Shown here one piece after another: positions 23,373 through 31,487 of a DNA stretch of 59,059 nucleotides. Location: contig PDIP01000083.1 in NCBI GenBank assembly GCA_002811645.1, forward strand, positions 262,043 to 321,101, in the 5' to 3' direction. A model generated the notes under the pieces. The model was not told the origin of the DNA. It worked only from the letters and a program-made list of their open reading frames with translations, and ran no database searches. The stretch's first letter is position 1; every line of letters starts with the position of its first letter. The DNA is from Corallochytrium limacisporum Hawaii (Eukaryota; Protista; Pluriformea). The position numbers were made by a program, and so were the translations under genes.

Positions 23373-24816
23373 TTATATGATGCTTCCGGTGGTGATGCTG
23401 CTGGTGAGTGCATTCGGATGCTCTGGGCGAGGACTGATTTGGGCACGTCTGTGCCTTTTGGCCCCGGGCTGCGGGACCGTTGGTGCCCCCATGGCGGCCG
23501 GGTGCGTTTCGAGAATGGGACAGTACTCTGCACCATGCGCATCGGCAAAAAACCCATCAGCACACGCCTCGATACCGTGTACAATCGCGATTTGCGCTCC
23601 CCTTTGGATGATGCCTAACTTCCCTTTCTTATTGTGTGGTCCGGCGAGTAACAAGCCAGCCGAGTGCTGGTGGTGGTGTACTGGAGCAACTTACCCCGAA
23701 CGAACTCCCGATCGGGAGTCTAATTATTATCCCAGGGAAAGCCACCACCAAGAAAGTACTCCCTCATCTTGATGATCTCCTTGGGGGTGGCCGAGAGAAT
23801 CTTAACAATGCGGTAGTGGTACTATGAGAAAGCGGGAGTGGTTTGGGGATCTGTGCAAGAAACCAAACAAAATGACGATTATCATCTCTTCTCACCCAAG
23901 AAGCCCACAGGAACTTATAGAGTACACAACCAGGAAAAAAAAACAAAAAGGAAGGAAGACCTTTGCTAAAAACACCGAAGCGGTAGATAGTAAAAAAGGT
24001 ATGTCCAACACGGACGGACTCCTTTGGAATGTTATATCCTCCGGGGTCTTCTCTCTACCTCCGCTCCAAGAGAATTTGGGTATCATTCCTTTTTGTTACC
24101 TCCGCGTTTTTCTCTTCCTCCCCTCTCCTTCGTTGGTGGACACACAGGCGGTGGCTGGTTTAGTACCTGTGGACATTCCCCCGCGGGGTGGAGACCTTTT
24201 TCATTTTCTCGATTTTCCGGGTGAGACTCTCAAAAAGGGCAACCGATCGGGCTCGGCCGCATCAGCCTGCGCCAGATAAGCGGGGGATAAAGAGATCTAA
24301 AGCTGCTCTGGGGGAACTAACAATCTTCCTCCCCCCCTCCTCCTCCCCTACGAAGCGAGCGTGCGGGCAAACACAAAAGAAAAGAAAAAGAGAGGAGGAA
24401 AAAGTAAAAGGGGCCCAGTTGGTAAATATGACCTTTGTTATCCGGGGGATATNNNNNNNNNNNNNNNNNNNNNNNNNNNNNNNNNNNNNNNNNNNNNNNN
24501 NNNNNNNNNNNNNNNNNNNNNNNNNNNNNNNNNNNNNNNNNNNNNNNNNNNNNNNNNNNNNNNNNNNNNNNNNNNNNNNNNNNNNNNNNNNNNNNNNNNN
24601 NNNNNNNNNNNNNNNNNNNNNNNNNNNNNNNNNNNNNNNNNNNNNNNNNNNNNNNNNNNGGGGGGGTGGGAGAGAGAGAGAGAAACAGCGGCGGCGCCCC
24701 CCTCCGGTGAGAGAATTTTGGTGAACTGATACGCGGGTCTTGGGAACGAATCTGGACGGTCCCCCATTTTTGGATGAGCGGATCACATGTCGGGTCTCAC
24801 CGGCGTCAGCGTTCAT
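23373..24816 (-). CDS. Probable membrane-protein gene broken by smeared sequence and an N-gap
   Basis: ATG 24816 (MNADAGETRHVIRSSK). Protein-like pieces in shifting frames: PRITKVIFTNW; KTPEDITFQRSPSVLDIPFLLSTASVFLAKVF; YHYRIVKILSATPKEIIKMREYF; GAQIAIVHGIEACADGFFADAHGAEYCPILETHP to a stop at 23373. Confidence 0.35.
24453..24659. other. Assembly gap (207 N)
   Basis: Run of N. Confidence 1.
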
Positions 24817-25042
24817 GGGTTGCTGGAACTGGGTACGGGCTTGCGGCTATGAGAAGAAGTGCAGTGAGACCAAGCGAGAGAAAGGCACAATGACGAACTT
24901 GCAAAGGACTGTATGTCGTACAGGTACGAATCAGCCCGTGAGCACCACAATGACCTAAGTGGGCAATCAGAAAGAAATTGATCGGAACTTGACATACATA
25001 AACAATACGTCCTCTGGGAGATTGTTCAAATATTCGTTCAGG

Positions 25043-27388
25043 ATGTCGAAGTTCGTAAAGGTATTCACCAAGGGTGCTGTGGATACGTTTGCCAAGATTG
25101 AAAGTGTTGCTACGAAGGCTGACAAAAGTGAGGACGCGGACAAGTCTGCGGGCAAGGATGGGGGCAAAGAGGAAACACAGTTTGTGCTTAGTACCGGTCC
25201 GCCCAATATGAAGGGATCAGAACCGTTGGTGGTGAATAAGCAACAGAATGTTCGCTATGATCTTGCGGCTAAAGTGATTCAAAAATGGTTCCGCAAGACC
25301 CAGGCGCGTCTCGCGCTCCAACGGCAATTACAATGGCAGCTGTACACACAGATGGAATACACCCAGGAGCATGAAACACAGAAGATGAGCGACTTTTTCA
25401 CCAGTCTGTTGAGAAAGTTTGATGCAGATGGCCTTGCGGGACGGGAACGGTGCGAGCTGCTGGCTGAGATGCCGACATCAAATCGCCCGACGGTGATGGA
25501 CGTGGACAAGGAACTTGCTTTCGCGGAAGACGTCTTCCTCTCGACCTACGACAGATTCCCGAAGATTGATGTAATCAACATCAAGCCCAATGACATTGCA
25601 CAGATGATTGATGCGTTTAAGGCGAAACATTTTCTTCCGGACAAGTACATCTTGCAAATCCTCGCGTACACTTTCCGGGCTCTCAAGAAACAGCCGAATG
25701 TGAACAAAATTTACGTAGACAACAGCGTTCGTGTGGTGGTTGTGGGTGACCTGCATGGATCCTTGGATGACTTGGTAAATATTCTCAGTGACAATGGTCT
25801 TCCTGGCCACCACAATTTCTACATATTCAATGGAGACTTTGTGGACCGTGGCAACTACAGCATAGAGGTTATGTGTCTCGTTCTCTCCCTGTTCCTTATG
25901 GCACCCGACTGTGTGTTCATTAATCGTGGCAACCACGAGGACGATCAGATGAGCACCCACTACGGCTTTGCCAAGGAAATCAACCGCAAGTGTGGTCGGG
26001 ATCGCATTGGGCGGATTCAGAAATCATTCAACAGTGTTTTCTTGGTCATGCCGCTGGCCGTCGTGATCAATGATGCAATCGTTATTGCGCACGGGGGTGT
26101 TAGTAGGAGAGTTATTGACGGCTGGGATACTCTGCTCGGCACAGACATCGAACGCCTGCAGATGACATCTTTCCTGCAGCCGAGCTTCACGAAAGGTCTC
26201 TTCACCCGGATGACTAACGCGAAGCTCATAGACCAATGGCAGATGCTCGTTGATCTGTTGTGGAGTGATCCGACCAATGACATTACCGACGAAGCGGAGA
26301 ATAAGAAGCGTGGTGGTGGCGTCCTGTTCGGACCGTACATCACGGAAGAATTCCTGAAGAAGTATAACTACGACCTGCTGATCCGCAGCCATGAGTGCGT
26401 CAAGAATGGATACCACTGGACCCACAACGACAAGGTGGTTACTGTATTTTCTGTATCCAACTATTACAGTCCGGGTTCGAATGCGGGAGCGTATCTTGTG
26501 GTGCAGTGGAACTCGAACGACAAGTCAGACCGCAAGTACAGTATCAGTGCCAAGTCGTATGATCGTCTGTTGTCACCACATGCTGACAATCCCGATCTGC
26601 AAAACAAACTGGTGCGGCGTCAGGCGGGTCGACTTGATATGAATACTCTCGCCTTCATTGCGGAGCATTGCAAGGCAAACTTTACTGAGATTGAGCAAGG
26701 TCTGTTCGATGCTGTTAAGGAAAATCCCACGGACGAGGCCATTGGGGAATGGATGACCACGACACAGTTCAAGAATGTACTCAGTGAGAAAATGGACCTG
26801 CACATTCCTTGGACAACCTTGCTGCGCACTATTAGCGATAAGGACTACGAGGCGATGCTGACCGAGCATCCCATCAAGAACAAAGGCAAAGTCCTGACCA
26901 TTATGATGGCGATCAAGTGCGTTATCTTCTTATGCGCACCGATTCGTTTCAGGAACCTCAATGAGGTACAGGTTCAGTCGTTGCGAGACTCCATCAACAC
27001 CATGATGATGGTGCAAGGTAGCGACGTCTGGGGAAGTTTGAAGACTGACAATGAGATTCCTGTGAAGCTGCGTGGTGTGGCAGATCTGCTTTACACGCGG
27101 CGTTCTGACGTCGAAGCAATCTTCCGCATGATTGATCGTGACAAGAGCGGCACTATCTCCCAGCAGGAGTTCGGAGATCTCTTCACCGTTCTCCACAAGA
27201 CCGAGGAAGCCAAGGAGCATGAGAGCGATGATTTTAGTGATGGGGAAATCAAAGATCTCTTTTCTAAACTGGACATTAATAAGGACGGCAAAATTGATCT
27301 CAACGAGTTCCTTGAAGGCTACCGCATTTCCAATATGCGCCACAGCCTACAAATGCGTGACTCGTTCGGATCTGATATGGACGGTTAA
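25043..27388 (+). CDS. PPEF: Ser/Thr protein phosphatase with EF-hands (PPEF/rdgC family)
   Basis: IQ motif (AAKVIQKWFRK); PPP motifs GDLHG, GDFVDRG, RGNHE, HGG, LLWSDP, RSHE and SNY; two C-terminal EF-hands (DRDKSGTISQQE, DINKDGKIDLNE). Confidence 0.95.
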   Translation: MSKFVKVFTKGAVDTFAKIESVATKADKSEDADKSAGKDGGKEETQFVLSTGPPNMKGSEPLVVNKQQNVRYDLAAKVIQKWFRKTQARLALQRQLQWQLYTQMEYTQEHETQKMSDFFTSLLRKFDADGLAGRERCELLAEMPTSNRPTVMDVDKELAFAEDVFLSTYDRFPKIDVINIKPNDIAQMIDAFKAKHFLPDKYILQILAYTFRALKKQPNVNKIYVDNSVRVVVVGDLHGSLDDLVNILSDNGLPGHHNFYIFNGDFVDRGNYSIEVMCLVLSLFLMAPDCVFINRGNHEDDQMSTHYGFAKEINRKCGRDRIGRIQKSFNSVFLVMPLAVVINDAIVIAHGGVSRRVIDGWDTLLGTDIERLQMTSFLQPSFTKGLFTRMTNAKLIDQWQMLVDLLWSDPTNDITDEAENKKRGGGVLFGPYITEEFLKKYNYDLLIRSHECVKNGYHWTHNDKVVTVFSVSNYYSPGSNAGAYLVVQWNSNDKSDRKYSISAKSYDRLLSPHADNPDLQNKLVRRQAGRLDMNTLAFIAEHCKANFTEIEQGLFDAVKENPTDEAIGEWMTTTQFKNVLSEKMDLHIPWTTLLRTISDKDYEAMLTEHPIKNKGKVLTIMMAIKCVIFLCAPIRFRNLNEVQVQSLRDSINTMMMVQGSDVWGSLKTDNEIPVKLRGVADLLYTRRSDVEAIFRMIDRDKSGTISQQEFGDLFTVLHKTEEAKEHESDDFSDGEIKDLFSKLDINKDGKIDLNEFLEGYRISNMRHSLQMRDSFGSDMDG

Positions 27389-27492
27389 TGTCGAGAAACA
27401 TATCAAAATACTTCATTAATACATACAGGACCAAACACTTTATGGGTTTACAATAATACTTGGGACTAACTTGCTCGAGTGGTCACAACGCC

Positions 27493-28491
27493 TTACCTGC
27501 CACGGAAGTTGGGATCGCGGCGCTCCTTGAAGGACAGGACACCCTCGGCTGCGTCCTCACTGGCCTGCAGAGCCTTCTGATCGGGCTCGAAGAGTGCCAC
27601 AGCGGCGTCATGTCCCTTATGGTAGGCAGTCCACGCATTCTTCTTGGTGGCCTGGACGGCTAGAGGAGCATTTCCAAGGATGATGTTTGCCAGCTCTACA
27701 GCACGGGTCAGCTGCTGACCGGGCTCGACGACTTCCTGGACTAGACCGATGCGGTAGGCCTCCTTGGCTCCGAATTCGTCTGCAGTCAGCAGGTGGTACA
27801 TAGCATTACCCCAGCCCCCACGTTCCCGGAAGCGAATGGAGGCACCACCGGTGGCCATAATGGCACGTTTGGGCTCAATCTGGCTGAAACGGCAGTCGGA
27901 AGCGGCAATAACAATGTCTTGAGCGAGCATGAGCTCGATACCGATCGTGTAGCAGATACCCTGCACGGCACAGATGACAGGCTTCTTGCAGGGAGGTGTC
28001 GACAGAGCAAGAGGGTCGACCTGGCCTTCCTGCACACCCAGTAGAACGTTGTTGCCTCCGGATTCAGGACCCATCCACTTGGTCAGTTCCAGGCCGGCGG
28101 TGAAGTGCTTGCCCTTACCATAGAGGATACCAACATGAATATCAGGGTCCTGGTCGAGTTTGGTGTAGGCCTCGATCGTCTGCTCCCACATGTGAGGGGT
28201 CCAACCGTTGTACTTCTTGGCACGGTCGACACCGATGAACATGATCTTGTCCATAACGTCCACCTGAATGTTGCCCTCGGGGTCGTTGGCAATGGCATCT
28301 GGCTTCAGCTGTGAAACCAGCTGGGCGACGCGTTGCTTGGCTGCCATGGCTTTGTCCTCTCCGGCCTCTGCGGAGTAATTGCGACGAAACTGGATCAATG
28401 CAGAGGCAGGAATGCGCCTCACGGTAGTACTAGTGGTGGCGAAACGTGCTGCAGGCCTCAAGTAACTCGCTGCCGCGCGGAGACTGAGCAT
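27493..28491 (-). CDS. Enoyl-CoA hydratase/crotonase family protein with a mitochondrial presequence and an internal PTS2
   Basis: HFTAGLEL, KPVICAVQG, GIELMLAQDIVIAA, EAYRIGLVQEVV, APLAVQATK, EGVLSFKERRDPNFRGR; Arg-rich N-terminus. Confidence 0.93.
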   Translation of the reverse strand: MLSLRAAASYLRPAARFATTSTTVRRIPASALIQFRRNYSAEAGEDKAMAAKQRVAQLVSQLKPDAIANDPEGNIQVDVMDKIMFIGVDRAKKYNGWTPHMWEQTIEAYTKLDQDPDIHVGILYGKGKHFTAGLELTKWMGPESGGNNVLLGVQEGQVDPLALSTPPCKKPVICAVQGICYTIGIELMLAQDIVIAASDCRFSQIEPKRAIMATGGASIRFRERGGWGNAMYHLLTADEFGAKEAYRIGLVQEVVEPGQQLTRAVELANIILGNAPLAVQATKKNAWTAYHKGHDAAVALFEPDQKALQASEDAAEGVLSFKERRDPNFRGR

Positions 28492-29142
28492 TTTAAGGAG
28501 ATCTAAAACAAGCGCTGTTGACAATCGTTAAATCAAGAACACAGATGCTGTATTCCACTTCTCAAAAGTGAGACCCTTTGAAAAGCTTACGATTCTGTGA
28601 CAAGGACGTATCACAAGACTCCAGAATATGTCACAAGACCCAAAAATGCAAAAACTGGCACACTAACATAGGGTCCTGTCGTGCCAAAGCACAGCAGCCT
28701 TGTTCCTCGCTGACTGAATCCGTCAGACCAACGGGGTGCATAAGGTCATCAGAAAATGGAGAACCCCTGGACATCTCTTACAACTACCAACCTACACTCG
28801 CACAGAACTACTCACATCTACCAACATTAACAATTTTGTCGTGGTGGCTGATCCTATTAGAAAGCAATGAAGAGAAATTCATACTATCGTGCACGCAAGG
28901 CGGTCGAATTGCGGACACTGAAGGAAGAGAAAGCGACTGTGGCCAAGCGTATCTGATGCACATCCTCAGAAGCCAACTTTTGGCTTTTTACGACGGCCTC
29001 GCAAAACACACACAGAAACACAAGAGAGCGGATCGCGGTGGTGTGAGGGGAGGCAGAGTTCGGTGGGTTCGAACCGCCCACCCCCTTGCGACGATCTCAA
29101 GGCTAAAAATAGGTCCCAGCGCAGGCACAACAAGGCCGGTCC

Positions 29143-29186
29143 AAAATCAGGAGTCTATTTTTAAGATAAAATAGACTCCTGATTTT
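29143..29186. repeat. Perfect 19-bp inverted repeat with a 6-nt loop
   Basis: AAAATCAGGAGTCTATTTT (29143-29161), TAAGAT, AAAATAGACTCCTGATTTT (29168-29186). Confidence 0.95.
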
Positions 29187-29260
29187 CACGCTCCAACTTC
29201 GGCGGTCGGTTCCGAACGCGTAGGGACGAAAGGGAGGAGGGGGGTTTTTGGGTTTTAAAC

Positions 29261-29554
29261 ACTGGGGAGCTGGCATTTGACAGGCCCTGGTTAAGTCATT
29301 TCGAACGGAACTCAACAGACACCTTCAAGCTCACGGCTGCCAATGTCGGAAATTTGGAGAAGATTGCCATCGGCCACGACGACAGCGGAATGCTTGTAGG
29401 ATGGCATCTGCAGAAGATCCTAGTGGATTGCAGAGAAGCCAGCCATGTCTTTCCTTGCAACCGGTGGCTTGCCAGGGGACACGATGATGGCAAGATCCGT
29501 CGCGACCTGTTACCACTGAAGGACGGGGAAACAGAAGAAGAATACCAGGCCTGA
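29261..29554 (+). CDS. C-terminal part of a PLAT/LH2-domain protein; 5' part garbled
   Basis: TGEL...FERNSTDTFKL...VGNLEKIAIGHDDSG...GWHLQKILV...FPCNRWLARGHDDGKIRRDL is a typical LOXHD1/polycystin-type PLAT domain that lacks its first two strands in frame. Confidence 0.85.
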   Translation, partial: TGELAFDRPWLSHFERNSTDTFKLTAANVGNLEKIAIGHDDSGMLVGWHLQKILVDCREASHVFPCNRWLARGHDDGKIRRDLLPLKDGETEEEYQA

Positions 29555-31487
29555 CTGCTCCTTGCTGGAAACGACTTTCCTTGTGGTGAACCGCCCGATG
29601 ATACACAGAGTGGTGGCAAGACGGATAGGCCTCTCTGCCGGCCATCAGGCATCCCATGAACGGTAGGTGATGACGGCAGCCCCATCCGCGAACTGGCTTT
29701 TTCCCTTCAGGAAAAAGAAATCATGGGGGAGGTGGTTGGGCCGGGACAAAGTAGCAGAGAGGCGACACAGAGGGCAGAGAGGGCAAGGCGGGATACGCAA
29801 AGGGGGGGGGGGAGGTGCGGGTCACCCTTTATCACAGCCTATTAGATATACGGATTATTTAAATATGTTAAAATTGGGCATTTTATGGTCATGAATGGAT
29901 ATATTTGATATACATAGTATTTAAAAACGGGGGTGGGCAAGGTCCAGCAGCCAGCCGCCTTGGCAACCGTCCGGCTTTGGTGCTGTCTCCCAAACCGTCC
30001 AAGCGCGCAAACCCAAGAGGGGCGAGAGAGAGCGAACACCCTCCCCCATATTTTTTGGGAGTCCTTTTGGCTTTTTCCTGAAAAGTTCGGGCTTGAGACG
30101 CAGAGAGAGAGAGAGAGGGGGAGAGAGGGAGAAATAACCTGGAAACCGGGCAAGAGAAAAAGGCAACAAAAAAAAGGAAGATTGACCCAAACAAGAAAAA
30201 TAAGGTCAAAATTTGTTTTGCACCCATACACAAACACACACACACACACACACATTGGGAACGTACGCAAACTTAGGAAAAAAATTCAAACAAAAAGCAA
30301 AAGCCCAAAGAAAACGAAAAAAAATGAAAAAAAGAAGAGCGGGAGCGGTGTCGTGAGACTGCCTTTCGCTCCATTTTTTCTTTTTCTTTTCGCTCCTTCG
30401 TTCCCGGCCGGTGGCCGGCCGTTCGGGGGCCTCTTTCCCTTTCCTTCCCCTCTCCCCCCCGACCCCCTTCTCTCCCTCTCCGCTCCCAAACACAGCCCAG
30501 CCCCCCAAGCCAACTTTTGCCGCAGCCCCCCCCCCCCGGGGCGGGGCTGGCCGAGGTTCAAAGTTAATAAAAAAAAATACCGCCATTTGCCGACCCCCGG
30601 CTCACTTCCCCCTTTGGCTCTGCCTTGACCCTCCCGGGACAAGTCGGCCCGGCACCGGCGGGCCCAAGGTTGATTTTTTTATTTTGCACATTGTGCCCAA
30701 GTGGCCCAAAATACTGCCGTACGTGTACGGTAGTGAACGGAGGGACGTGGGGCAGGTTCATCCTCGGGGAGGGTAAAAAATGAAAAGTAAAAAGAAAGAC
30801 TGGCAAAGCTCGCTCTCCCCCTGGCTCTCCCCCCCCCCGGCAGGCCTGCGCTCGGCCGCTGGGGGGAGGAGGGGAGGAGGGCATTCCGGGGTTCTGGAGA
30901 AAAAAGTGCGAAGAAAAAAGAAAAAGAGAGGGAAAAGTAGGAGAGCAGGCGAGGGAGAGAGGCGCGGAGGGTCTGAGCCCCCCGGGGGAGGGGGGAGAGG
31001 GGGAGAGACGAGGAGGGACGGGTGATCAAAAAGACAGAAAAAGTTGGAAAGCAGGGAGTAGAAGAAAAAAAAAAAGGGAGGGAGAGGAAGGGGGCACGTA
31101 GCAAAGGCCACTTTTGCGTCGTGTCGTCCGCATTGGGAGCGCGGGGTTGGGGTTGCCTTTGGGTCTCTTGGTCTGCCGTTTTGGAAGGAGATTTGGGCAC
31201 TGTTTGGTATCGTCTCTCTGGTGCGGATCGAAACCAAAGAGAGAGATATTTTAATTGTTTTGGGCAGATGGCTCTCTCTCTCTACTTGGATGTTTCGGAA
31301 TTTTGGCTTTTTATAGGATATTTCGATGATTTCGTGTGATGATGGCGTTATTGTGTTTCAGTCGGTATCGGTTGCTGTTTGGGCGTTTCCAGTGCATTCC
31401 ACCCATTAATACCCCAGTGCATTCCAGTTCGCGCTCGAAATCCGTTGCATCCATTGGCTATTTCGAGGACATGATCGGGAGAAGTCC

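Noticed and set aside
23600-23730. In-frame TAG codons inside protein-like fragments (also near 11350, 16426 and 29172), suggesting TAG reassignment
   Set aside because: TAG terminates GUF1 and DDX1 at the expected ends, and none of the clean genes needs an internal TAG; the cases fall only in or beside damaged sequence.
29060-29085. GTGGGTTCGAACCGCCCAC, resembling a tRNA T-arm
   Set aside because: The loop length is wrong, and no D-arm, anticodon arm or acceptor stem can be built; it lies in smeared sequence.
29690-31330. Many 100-230 aa ORFs rich in Pro/Gly/Lys/Phe/Arg in smeared regions (also 5967-6762, 11471-12358, 21643-23084)
   Set aside because: Translations of homopolymer runs, which are depleted of stop codons; not credible proteins as written.
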